64,000 nt of DNA from positions 63,550,001 to 63,614,000 of the forward strand of contig CM075979.1 in assembly GCA_038087875.1 (NCBI GenBank), in the 5' to 3' direction. Below the pieces are notes generated by a model. That model ran no database searches and was not told where the DNA came from. It saw only the letters and a program-made list of their open reading frames with translations. Made by a program: the position numbers and the translations under genes. This DNA is from Malacoraja senta (lineage: Eukaryota). Positions 24,742 through 36,880 of the stretch are shown here, in pieces (the stretch's first letter is position 1; every line of letters begins with the position of its first letter).

Positions 24742-25286
24742 TTGGAGGAAGGGGACAAGAGATGGGGGAAAGAGGCAGAATAATGGGAGAAGTTGGTGCG
24801 CACCAGGGTGGGGGAGGCACAGGAGAGAGGAGGAAGGGGGGGGGTAATGTTACTTATAAGTGGAGAATTCAATATTCATACCATTGGGCTCTGGAGGCCC
24901 AGGTCCGAAAGGTCGGTATGGGAAGGAAGGTAAAATGGTCAGCAACCAGGAGATCCAGCAGGCCTTGGCAGATCGATTAAAACCAAGCTCTTTAATTATG
25001 TTTAAGGTAAATAATTTTGCTTTTTTGTCTAATTATACCACTATGATGCATTTGGGATTAAAATTATAAATTATTGGGCTGTAAAAAGGCACACGAGGAG
25101 GACTTCTGGTTGACTGTGCTTGTACAAGTGATTTGAAAGAAGGTGCCTATCAGGTTAATGCTACTCTTTTTTCCAAAATTCAACAAATACGTCCATTTCC
25201 ACTGTGTGCACAGCACTCGGATGGCGGGGAAGGGGGTGTGTAATTTGCTCCCACCACCAGTCTCCTCTTCCCATGGAGTCACAAAG

Positions 25287-25755
25287 CTACACAGCACGCT
25301 CTACTGTATCCGCTGTTCCAGGTGTGGACTCCTATATATACCTGATTTGCTGGTTGCTAAACAAATTTAACTCCCCCACCCACATTCCCACACTGACCTT
25401 TCTGTCCCGGGCTTATTCCACATTCAGAGTGATGCCCAGCACAAATTGGAGGAACAGCATCTAATATTTCGCTTGGGCAGCTTACACCCCAGCTGTATGA
25501 AAATTGACTTCTCTAACTTCAAGTAACCATAACATTTTATGTCTGTATGCATCATTGTCACCTTCTCCAAGCTAACAATGATTTATTCCACATTTTCCTT
25601 GACCCCCATCTTTTGATGTCTTGTTTTCACACCTTATCCTTCCTTATCTCTGTGCTTCCCTCTCCCCTGACTCAGTCTGAAGGGTCTCAACCTGAAACTT
25701 CACCCATTCCTTCTATCTGGAAATGCCGAGTTACTCCAGCATTTTGTGTCTATCT
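25287..25755 (+). mobile_element. Penelope-like element 3' fragment (GIY-YIG remnant + pseudo-LTR)
   Basis: YCIRCSRCGLLYI and KLEEQHLIFRLGSL remnants, followed by the CTGAAG..GAAAC repeat. Confidence 0.75.
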
Positions 25756-26339
25756 TCTGTGTCAAACATTCTTTGATTTTCTCTCTCATTTAATAGGACA
25801 CAAACGGTGCTATACAAATGCAAGTTACTGGCAGTGCTAAAATCTTAGTATCATTTGTGAGGATACAAAACGTGATTGTTAATACTTTGCTAAATAACAT
25901 TTCTGGACGTTAATTAAGAAATAAAATAGTTTTATGACAATAAAAGGGACGCATCACCAAGCACTAAACAAAACTATGACAGTTGTGGAACTGTTTAAAA
26001 AGTAATAATGATCCATTTTGACTCATTGTGCAATTTTAAAATTCAACAGTCAATATATACAGTCAATAAAATGTTCAGGAGCTGGGATACCCGTGAGCAA
26101 AGATACTAGAGGAGCTTTGCCCGTGAGCGAGCAAGCAGCATTGACTGGTGATGACAACAGCCTGGCACTCCTTCAGGTTTAGTAACTGGAAGCAGCAAAC
26201 ACTCATCTGGAAATACCCATAACTAGCAGCTTTCTCATTTAAGTTTCTTATATTCTGCTTCCCCGAAGGAAAAAATACTCCTCTCACACACATTGGGAGA
26301 GTTATCCTTCCACCGCAGCCACCATATTTGTTTTCTAAA

Positions 26340-27000
26340 TCAAACCAGAATCACGACGCTGCTCCTCGGCGCAATCTGCGACGTTACTGACAAAAAATAA
26401 GTCCCAGGTCGGACTCGACCGTTCGTAGACCTTTTACTATTTCGCAAAAGGATATAAATCGAAAGCGCTAATACATAAAGATATGCGTTTACAAAAATAA
26501 ACCCCACACACACCAAGATATGTTTCCCCCGCCCCCCCCTCTCTCTCTCCCCGAGCAGCAGGATGCGAGCGGCCGCCATTTTGTGCGAGGCGAGCTCGGC
26601 CGGTGTGCGGGGGAGGGGTGTAGTGTAATGGTTGAATAGGGGCACCCCCTCCCGGGGCCCAGGCTGTGGTGGCCGGTTTGCTTGAGACGAGGCGCTATTG
26701 TCTCGCTTCTCGGAGGGAGGCTCGAGCCGCTGCTGTTCGGTGCCTTTGGCTGCCGCCAACACCAGCCCCGCCGGGGTGATTTTAATCCCTCTGTGCGCCT
26801 TTCTCTCTTCCTCTCTTTCGTGTGTGTGTGTGTGTGCGTTTTTTCCCTCCCCCCTCCTTTTTCTGTGCGAGAGTGTTGAGTCGAGTGACTGCATGGAGCC
26901 GCTTACAACACCGCAGCCCGTGTAACAGCGTCAAAAAGCAGCAGCAAAACACACACATACACACACAAACCACAACAGTGCCACACAATAGAGAACAAGA
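26340..27000 (+). promoter_or_regulatory. CpG-island promoter / 5' UTR of ARID2 with YY1 motif and GC box
   Basis: CpG-rich, TE-free stretch just upstream of the ATG. GCCGCCATTTTG (YY1 consensus) at 26572-26583 and CCCCGCCCC near 26527. Confidence 0.75.
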
Positions 27001-27255
27001 TGTAAGTTTTTGCTTTTCTGTATTTTTTTTTAATTCTTCATCTGGCGATCGGAAGAATCCTGAACCGAGTCGTTACTCATTTTTTTCCCTTTTTTCTCAT
27101 TCCTTCTTAAAACTTTCGCACTCGCTCCACCATCAATGACTGAGCGGCAGGGGAATGGCACTCTCCTTTAGACATTGAAGGAAGTTTGTTTGAGAGGTCT
27201 ATTTTTTTTGTTCGTTTGTTTTTTTGTACACATACACACAATAACAATGAAAAAG

Positions 27256-27350
27256 ATGGCAAATTCGACGGGGAAATTGCAGCCTTCAGAGCCGCGGAGA
27301 AAAAGACTGGCGTTCTTGGAGGAGCTGCGGCAATTTCACCAGAACAGAGG
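27256..27350 (+). CDS. ARID2: ARID2 coding exon 1 ([32 protein letters not shown])
   Basis: ATG in strong context (aagATGG) at 27256. Translation matches the vertebrate ARID2 N-terminus (MANSTGK...LAFLDELRQFH..RG). Ends in phase 2 at donor GG|gtaaga (27351). Confidence 0.95.
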
Positions 27351-27451
27351 GTAAGAAATAACAGGCGGCGTTTTATACCTGACGGAGGGGAACCTAAAAC
27401 TTTTTTTTGAAATGAAAAACACTTAGCTGATTATCCTCTGTCTTCTTTCAG

Positions 27452-27545
27452 GACGCCTTTAAAAAAAATCCCAATAGTGGGTGGCAAAGAACTAGATCTT
27501 CACGCTCTCTACACCAGAGTCACCGGTCTAGGTGGATTCGCCAAG
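27452..27545 (+). CDS. ARID2: ARID2 coding exon 2, ARID domain ([31 protein letters not shown])
   Basis: Acceptor tcttctttcag| and donor AAG|gtattt. 94 nt, in frame with exon 1. Carries the ARID motif GGKELDLxxLYxRVxxLGGF. Confidence 0.95.
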
Positions 27546-28152
27546 GTATTTATCTTTACGGGATGTAATTTTTGTTCCTCTCTAATTGTGGGCGAAAGAT
27601 GTCTATTGATTATTTTTGTAAATTAATTTATGTTTGTAAAGAATTGAGGTTGTGTGGCAGAAAGATGTGAATGGCATTTGTTGCATGTAAGGCTGCCTGG
27701 CCTGGTGCGTGGGGCTGAGCTGCTGCTTCACTGAGCGCACTTCAGCGAAGTCAAAATTAGCGGGCATGTTTAACATCGATAATCGTGAGTGTGCCTGGGG
27801 TAGGAAATGCTCTTCAGGGGACCGGCTCGCACCATTTGTTTGCCTTTATCCTGGACGGATCGAGTGAGACGGACCTTCGTATTTCTTCGCCGTGTCAGGC
27901 TTCGTGGTACAGGGGAAACTTGTAGGCCTCATATTAGGCCCATAGGATGATTAGGACGGAGAAAATGTAATATCTTTATGGTTTTGTAGTCTTATGAAAA
28001 CAAGTAAAGTAGACAAGATTTTGGGGTTTAGGAGCTCGTGGTGTAAAATAGTGCCGGTCGCGTTATTAATATGGACAAAGGAACAGATGGTGTATTCTGA
28101 TATCTGATAATATGTGCGCTCATATTAATCAGTATTATTGTTTTTGGGGCAG

Positions 28153-28250
28153 GTAACCGATAAGAACAAATGGTCACAGATAATAGAGGAGTTAAACTTT
28201 CCTAAAGGTTGCTCGAATGCATCATTTGCCTTAAAGCAATATTACTTACG
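28153..28250 (+). CDS. ARID2: ARID2 coding exon 3, ARID domain ([33 protein letters not shown])
   Basis: Acceptor ggggcag| and donor CG|gtaagg. 98 nt, in frame. Matches ARID2 [20 protein letters not shown]. Confidence 0.95.
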
Positions 28251-29534
28251 GTAAGGCTTATATTGTGTATTCGTCATATTTAAAGTACATATGTATACCT
28301 GTTTAAAATAGGGTAAAGGATTCCAGTATCTAAGACTACAATTGTATGCTTTTTCCTCATTTCGTTCTTTTAAAATACAAAGCTGATTGTAATATTGTTA
28401 TTTCTAAAATGCAGAAACATTAAGGATATTGATGTCTGATCTGTGGTTCACCCTGTGCTTTGTTCAAATGTATTTTGAAGAGTTGAGCAAACTTGTTGAG
28501 CATACTGTACAAAATGTTGTACAGGTGTGTGACCCACTTTTATAGTAACAGTTTGCAGTTGTGCAGTTCTGTCGTATTTACAGCTAGTATACAAACTACT
28601 TGGAAATAAATAGCCTAATTATCTAACAAAAAATGCAGGTGCTGCCTGTTAGTACATTTGGTTGACAAAGCTGAACTGAGAAGCTAAGTTATTATTTTTA
28701 TTTTTTAAATGTAGGTAAACATTTTTATTTTTATAGATATTCTTAATTACATCCTGCTTGTGTATTTGTGGCATATTTTTGTTGCTGTAATTCTTTAATG
28801 TTTTCTATTGATATCGTGAATTATGTGTAAATGTCCAATTTTTTTACCATTATGACATGCTAGGCCATTTATGGTATGCCCCTCTAGGGGTGAGAAAAAC
28901 AATGCTGATTGTTCTGCCTTTCAGCCATTGTAATAAAATACTTCAAAATAGTAACTGAGCAGAACAGGTAGATGGCTTTGAAGAATTTTGATTGGCTAAT
29001 TGAATGATGAAAATAGTAGTGAGAAAGTTATGGTGGGAAGGAGGCAATCTCAAGTTAAAGGTCAAAAGAGAAAATTGTACTTTTGGAATCCTTTGATTAT
29101 CAAGTAGTCAGGTATGTACAACTGACTTAAATATTAGTACCAGTCAATGGTTTCATGTACACTGAGTAAAATATGACATTGATAAGTTTAAAGCAAGTTG
29201 TGCAACAGCTGTTGTGATTGTGTTTATTATGATATTGAAATCTGCTTGCTGTGGTGCATTTAAAATTTTAATAATGTACTGTACTATGATATTTTATGGT
29301 AAAGGTTGAATTTTATGGCAGTTGTTGAATTCAAGACACTAAACTTCTGCCTGGTTACGTTTGGGTAACATGTCCAGTTTTAGTAATGTAGTAGAACAGC
29401 ATATACAATCACTCAAATTAATTTGGGAGTATTTGCAACAATGAAATTGCTTCATTTATCAAATTGCCATGTTTTTTCATGAATGTTAAATTGCTTGTGC
29501 AGAAGGTTAGGATTATGATATTCTTGCATACATG

Positions 29535-30092
29535 GAGTCATAGAGTGATACAGTGTGGAAACAGGCCCTTCGGCCCAACTCGCCCACACCGGCCAACAAT
29601 GTTCTAGCTACATTAGTCCCACTTGCCTGTGCTTGGTCCATATCCCTCCAAACCTGGCCATTCCATGTACCTGTCTAACTGTTTCTTAAACGATGGGATA
29701 GTCCAGCCTCAACTACCTCTTCTGGCAGCTTGTTCCATACATCCACCACCCTTTGTGTGAAAAAGTCACCCCTCGGATTCCTATTAAATCTTTTCCCCTT
29801 CACCATGGACCTATGTCCTCTGGTCCTCGATTCCCCCTACTCTGGGCAAAAGACTCTGTGCATCTACCTGATCTTCCTCTCGTTATCTTATACACCTCTA
29901 TAAGATCACCCCTTATCCTCCTGCACTCCATGGAATAGAGACCCAGCCTAAACCTCTCCCTACAGCTCACACCCTCTAGTCCTGGCAACATCCTCGTAAA
30001 TCTTTTCTGAAGCCTTTCAAGCTTGACAATATCTTTCCTATAACAAGGTGCCCATAACTGAACATAATATTCTAAATGCGGTCTCACCAACT
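29535..30092 (-). mobile_element. CR1 LINE 3' fragment
   Basis: VRPHLEY, LERLQKRFTRMLPGL and RRIRGDLIEVYKI. Confidence 0.85.
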
Positions 30093-30675
30093 TGCTCTCA
30101 GTGGTTTCCCTTTACTATCATGGTATCCCTGGATGAATATGGTGGAATGTTTTAAATTAGACATGCCACTTTTTTGATGCAGTGTAATAAAAAAAAGTGT
30201 AATATTTTATCATCATTTTTCCTCATTTTAGCATTTTATCCATTGAAATATTTCCACATTTCCAAGCTGTATTAGAAATGGATAAACCAAATATTTCCCC
30301 CAAAGCTTGTGTGCAGGCCATTTAACATATTTTCCATGTATTAGCAGATGTAAATTGTAAAAATGGTTTTGTTCCCCATAGACATTTTTTAAGAGTGCCT
30401 GAACATAGTTCATAGATTGGGCAGTCATTAATAATTGTAATATTTAATCAAAGCCTTGGAAGGTTGCAAAACGAATACCAATTACACGTTAAAGGTGCAA
30501 ATCAAAATTTGTATGTTATTGTTACACTACTAACTCTTTAATTTTCAGTTGGATGAAGTGTGATTTTAAAAAGAAAGGGGGAAAAAAGCCGGCAAAGCTC
30601 ATCAATTGCAAATAATTGTGATTAGTAGCGAATCTGATTACCCCCATGTTGAAATATTAATTACCTACTTTAGAA

Positions 30676-30920
30676 TGACACAGTGGTGTTGCTGGTAGAG
30701 CTGTTGCCTCAGCACCAGAGATCCGGGTTTGATGCTGACTTTGGGTAGTGTCTGTGTGAACTCCACAGATTTGCTCCCACATCCCAAAGACGTGCGGGCT
30801 TGTAGGTTAATCTGCCTAGAAAGATGGATGACATCGAACTAGTGTGAGTGGGTGATCAATGATCATAGACTTAGTGGGCCAAAGGGGCAGTTTCCATCTT
30901 GTACCTCTAAAATAAACTAA
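30676..30920 (+). mobile_element. HE1/V-SINE-like copy, internally deleted
   Basis: Contains CCCACATCCCAAAGACGTGCGGG and has a TAAAC tail. Confidence 0.75.
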
Positions 30921-32179
30921 ATTTCACAGAATTTTCATATGTCAGTTACATTTACTGTATTGAGGGGAATCATTAAAACATTTGTTCCATTCCAAATTAT
31001 TTTAAAGCAACAGAAATCATGACAAGAATTGTATTATCAGACTAAAGATCCTAATCAATATGTTTGCTTATGCTGCCTGGGTAAAAGTAATGATCTTTGT
31101 GAAATGTTTTTTTTATTGTATGGCATTTTTTTAAATTAAGAATGCTGAATTGCTGTTTCAGGCTAAACTTTATTTTGAGGTGCATTTTTGAGAAATGGAT
31201 ACGTGTGGTTAATGAGTTTCATCAGTAAAGCAGCATTATGAAAATCAGCATAAAGATGACAACGTTTTTTAAATAGTTTCCGTCACTGACTTTAGACAGA
31301 CTCTAATCAGTGGCAATACCCTTTGTTGTACATCTGATTTGTATAGTTAGACACAAAAAGCTGGAGTAACTTAGCGGGCCAGGCAGCATCTCTGGAGAGA
31401 AGGAATGGGTGACGTTTCGGGTCGAGACCTTCCTACACATTTCCTCTGATTTGTGTCGTGTATTTTTGGTTCAAAGTGTTATAGGATAATGTTTGTGATT
31501 TTGACATATATGCAATCCCTTTATCTGTTTAAAGGCAGTAAATACATTTGGAAAAAAATAATATTCAAATTGTTTGCACACTTTGCAATTATAGTACCTG
31601 GGGAATTGAAGGATTTGCACGATGGTCTTTCGAAGAAATTTTATTGCATAATTGATGTATTGCATTTACAGCAATTTTTGCACATTGACAGCCCATCAGT
31701 CCCCAGACACATGTGTGTCAAAGGTACACAAATGGATGTTGATCCTAATCTAATGTAGTATAATTTCCACATTCTACATAAACTATGTAGGCCAAGCATC
31801 AATGCTGGATCCTTAACCCTGCCTTAAGGTCTTAAGTCTTAAAGTAGCATGGACATGCAGTCAGGGCAATGTTTTGGGATATATGCTGCAAGTACTATTT
31901 TATTACTTCTAGTTTTGTTTAACAAACTATGTTCGGTTATAATGGTATAAAAAATCACTGTTGCCAGTTGATCTGCATCAGGCTTTGTGCAGAGGATCAT
32001 GAAATTTTCACCATAATTATTTGAATTTATCTGTAAAAGACTCCTTTCTTAATGGAGAAAAGATGATGTGAAAATTATTTAATCATAGATGAACTATGAT
32101 TTGTAAAGTAAATTTGCATAATGCAAAGCAGTGTCTGACACCTCTCCCGCCCCCACCCCCACCCCCCAAAATCTCTCAG

Positions 32180-33270
32180 AGGATCATATACTCAATTTGG
32201 CTCTGGTTCATCTTGACAATAACATCTGTGTCAGGATGCTATTCATTGACTGCAGCTCAGTCTTCAACACCATAATTCCAAATAAGGTCATCCCTAAACT
32301 ACATGGCCTTGAAGTCTCCATCTGCAACTAGCTTCTTGACATTCTGACCAGCAGATCTCAGTCGGTTAATATTGGTCATAACTTTTCCTTCACCCTGACT
32401 CTCACAATTGGTGCGCTTTGTGGTTGTGTGCTCGGTCCCTTGCTCTATTCCCTGTGCAGCCATGAAAGTCTGGCTATGTGCAATGCCAAGTTGAATATTA
32501 AGTTCGCTGATGATACCACTGTTCTTGGCATGATGAACACCAACAGAGGTAAAGTGCAGTAGGAAGATTGAGCATCTTGTGTAATGACACCAACTTGGCC
32601 CTTAATGTCAGCAAGACAAAATAATTGGTTATTGTCTTCATCAATGGAGCTGCTGTAAAGATGATTGACAGCTTCAAGTTCCTAGGATTCACATCACCAA
32701 CAACCTAACTGTCCCTTTACACTGAAGAGGTGAGCAATTAAGTGCATCGATGTATTTAATTTGGCCTCTGAGATGATTTGGCATGTCCATAAGGATCCTT
32801 TTGAATTTCTTTCGAAGTGCTATTGAAAGTATTCTAATAGGATGCAGTTCAGTCTATTTTGTCAACTGCTCTGCACTTATCTGCCTGAACCTGCAGAGAG
32901 TGGTGGGTTTTTCACTTCCTTCTATTCAGTCCATCTTCATGATGCGTTGTATTGTGCCTACCTAGCCATTCCCTTTTTGTTCTACCACCATCTGGGAGAA
33001 GGTACAGGATCTTAAAGTCAGATGTCTAGACTTAAGAACAGCTTCTACCATGCTGCTGTCAGACTGAACTAATTGCTTTTTTTCATGCACCTTATTGGGT
33101 TATTCTGTTACTGTAATTCAATATTTTTTGCACTGCTTTCGGTTTGCACTACAGTTTTGCACATCAATGCATTGATTGTATTTTATTTCTGTATGTATAC
33201 TGTTTACTCAGAAATTCATGTGAACAAGGAATTTAATTGGGCTGTTGTATATCTACCAATAAACTAATAT
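32180..33270 (+). mobile_element. Old Rex1-like LINE remnant
   Basis: [25 protein letters not shown] and FFRSAIESIL. Confidence 0.75.
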
Positions 33271-33963
33271 GGATCTGAATTTAGTTTTCTGATATGTAGA
33301 TTCAACATCAGCCAGAATATCAGGCTATTCATGTATGTATAAAGAAAAAAACCTACTGTCCGCTGTAGTTTTGTAGTTCCATCTTGTAAAATGTTACATG
33401 ATTAGAGTCCATAGCTGAATTTATTGGAATTTGCTTAATTATCAGGATGTGGATACAAGGAACTACAGATGCTGGTTTACAAAAAATGGTTAATTATCAG
33501 GTGGTATTAACAGAAGAAAATAGCCCACAATTCAGATATTTTCAATGAATTTGGATATTGCGAATTAGCTACAATAATTATGTAATCAGAGCTTTGTAAA
33601 ATTAAATATAGACCAAGATTAAAAAGAAACATATGCAAGTAGCATATCTAACACAATTAAGAGTATATGATTGTAATTTAGTAATTCTGATTGCGAGTGT
33701 GTTTGGAATGGCCATTAGTTTATTACATGGACTAAGAATAGCACTCTGCTCCGAAACATTTAAGCAAAACAAAACTTGCAACAATTCAAATTTGTGTGAT
33801 GCTGATATTTTCATTGTCTATCGTATGTTCTTACGATGTTTATGGTAATCTTATTAATTTACCATTTGTAAGTTATTCACAACATTAACGAATGAAGTAA
33901 CACATATCTGCATGCAGCAAGACTTAGACAACATTTAGGCATGGGGTGATTAGTGGCAGATTG

Positions 33964-36212
33964 CAGTAAACCCCATTTAGCACCGCCTTGTAAAAGAGCT
34001 CTTTCATTTTGAGCCTTTTTCTTTCAACAAAAAAATCCACAAAAGCAGTCAATTTTCAAATTCAAATAATCTGCTGAAAGAACCTAACTTTGTTTACATT
34101 CATGTAGCCAATCAGAACGCATCACACCTGCGCTCACATCTGGCCAGCAGTTTCCTCAGTCTTCAGTTAGTTCAAACTAATGTGGCTACAGTGTGCCCAC
34201 ATTCTGGTTGTCTTGCACAATTTGTTATTCAGGAAAACAGTTTGCAATTTCAAGTGCCGAACGTGCATCTAAGGTGCTGAGAAAAGCATCACTGAATACA
34301 AAACTGCAGTGTAGAGGCGATTGGAAGCTTTGTGTAACTCTTTAATCTTGACTAGAAATGGTTCTTGATTAGAACTATTATTAAAATTATAGATAGGATA
34401 AAAGCTGCTGTGACCACCTCACGTTTAGCAACAAAGAATGTGACTTGTTCAAGGAGAAAATGGAAAATACGCTTTACATTTGGATGCCATTATGCCAACA
34501 TCCTATCATGGAAAAATTAAGGAGCATTTTCTAATACCTACAAGAAGAACGAGATAGCTTAGAAACATTAACAGCCAGCAGACTTTGGTTTGATGGGTTC
34601 AAATAACGCTGTAAACTGCACAGCATTCATATCTCTGGTGAAGCAGCAAGTGCAGACATGCATGTAACCAAGGAATTTCCCCAGATTCTCAAAGCAATCA
34701 TTGAGCATGGCAACTACCCATCCCAGCTGATCTTCAATGTTGATGAAAGAGGCCTATTCTGAAGAGGATGCCATCCTGAAATTTTATTTCCTAAGAAGGA
34801 AAAAAGTGATTGTGGGTTCACGGCTGGAAAAGAAAAGTTTAATACTCCTACTCAATGGTAACGCTTCAGGACATTAAAACTGAAGCCGATGCTCGTTTAT
34901 CACTCGGATACACCACGAGCAATGAGGGGTGATTTGCTCTGTGTATTGGAAATCAAACAACAAGACCTGGCTGACGATAAATATTTTGTGTGTCACTTAT
35001 GCCAAGCGGTGAAGTGATATTGGGAGGAAAGTAACTTTGAACCTAAAGCATCATTGGTGATTGATAATGCCCTAGCACCCTGAAAATCTCGACACTCTTC
35101 GAGCTGTATTTTGTGCAGAGGTGGTTATTCTTCCACCAAACATAATTTCCTTCCTGCAACCAATGGATTAGCATGTTATTTTTTATTTTAAAGTCTCCTA
35201 CCATCGTTGCACCTTCAGACGACTTGTTGAGGAGACAGATGGTCAAGAAAAATCAGGAAATTTTGGAAAAACAACCACATCATGAAGACTTGAGTATCAA
35301 AGTGGCCTGGGATGAAATAACTCAGCACTGCATGAACAGAGTCTGTCAGAATCTATGACCAGAAGCCTGCAATGATTTACTGGAATTTGACGAGAAACAT
35401 TCAGTAGTCATGAATGATATTGTCCAAATGGCCAATGAAGGAGGAGTGCAGGATGTCAGTGTTGAATATGTGGAGGAGTTATTGGAGTTTCATAGTGAGG
35501 GCTTGACTGAGGAATTGCAGGAGTTTGCACAGCCACGCATCCAGAGTGAGCCTGACGACCCTGCTTCAGAGAAAGGGACTACAGCAGATAGAAACCTTAC
35601 CACTGAATTCCTCAGTATAAACATCGCAAAGATTATGGAAATCATGGACTGGTTTACCTAGAATTACCCTGACTGGGTGCGCAGCAGCAAGGTAACATGA
35701 GGTATTCTGGACAAGATTTCTTGCTACTGAGAATTGCTTCAGGAGAGAATAGTCAAGAAAAGGCAGGCAACCCTGGATGTATTCTTCACAAAGCAGCCAA
35801 AACATGAGGAGAAACCACAGCCATGATCCTTATCCCAATGCGAGGACCCACAGATTAGTCCCTTATGCAGCTTATCCCTTTATCCCTGATGCAGCTTCTG
35901 CTGTCTGACTTCAAACAGCTGCTTGACATGTTGCTGTTTTACATTTGTCATTCTTCAAATTTATGTAATTCATTAGACAGTTCAGTATTCAATATTGTAC
36001 ATTAATTAGTGAAGGTACATAATACTGCATTACTTATCTCTGATACTATGCGTATACAATATAATATTCAGTACTATAGATCTCGGGTAAAAAATAACTT
36101 GTTGGAATCTTACCTCCATTTATGCTATGGTACAGTGACCCCGTAGAGCTTGGTTTCGTTTAGTGCTCCATTTTCTATTAACATATCTAGAGTGCTAATT
36201 GGGGTATTACTG
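33964..36212 (+). mobile_element. Tigger/pogo-like DNA transposon, decayed
   Basis: TIRs CAGTAAACCCCATTTAGCAC and GTGCTAATTGGGGTATTACTG. Remnant motifs SGEAASAD, IFNVDE, GNASG and KLKP..VYHS. Confidence 0.85.
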
Positions 36213-36880
36213 TACTTGTGCACTATAAAATTGCCAGGCAATAAAATCTTCCAGTGAGAGATTTTAACTTCCTATCCTGTTCCTCAGTGCCATTGCCATC
36301 ACCATTAATATCCTGCAGTCACCTTTGATCAAAACACATCTGGACCACTTGTATAAATATGGCTACAAGAACACATCAGCCTGTTTATTTTGTGGCAAAT
36401 GAGCCACCTTCTGCAAATGGCTATGGGACAAGTCAAGAGTGATGGAACACTCCCCATCTTAATGAATTTTGTACCAAAAAGCTCATGAAACTGAACGAAA
36501 TCCAGGACAAAGTAGCCTGCTTGATTGGCACCCATCAACCACAAAACCTTTATTCCGTCGATCATTAGCACACAGCAGTAGTGCGTACCAGCTCCAGAAT
36601 GCATAGCAGTCATTTGCTTAGGCTGCTCTGACAATATCTCCCAAACCTGTGACTTCTGCACATGGGGGAACACCTTCGACTGCAGGTTTCCCTCAAATTT
36701 ACATACCATCCCAAGTTAGAAATATATCTCTGGTCATTCATCATTGCTGGATATGATGAGTCTGTACCCAACAGCAATAAGTACTAGAAGGACTGCAGTG
36801 GTTCAAGAAGGTAGCTTTCTCGAGGGCAATTAGGAGTGAGTAATAAATGCTGATCTTGACTGTAATTCCCAGATTCTGAA
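36213..36880 (+). mobile_element. Old CR1/L2-clade LINE remnant split by the Tigger (5' piece 33860-33963)
   Basis: QQDLDNI..W...WQ to the left of the Tigger continues as CQA to the right. Confidence 0.55.

Larger units (their letters stand above)
22690..24975 (-). mobile_element. Penelope-derived repeat split by the Tc1 insertion (pieces 22690-22915 and 24742-24975)
   Basis: Pseudo-LTR-type sequence to the left continues as purine-rich PLE-type sequence to the right of the Tc1. Confidence 0.55.

Noticed and set aside
26340-26894. 184-aa minus-strand ORF over the promoter
   Set aside because: GC-rich and microsatellite sequence with no recognisable domain.
27186-27410. ORF-track 74-aa ORF overlapping ARID2 exon 1
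   Set aside because: Wrong frame. The true frame starts at 27256 and splices at 27350.
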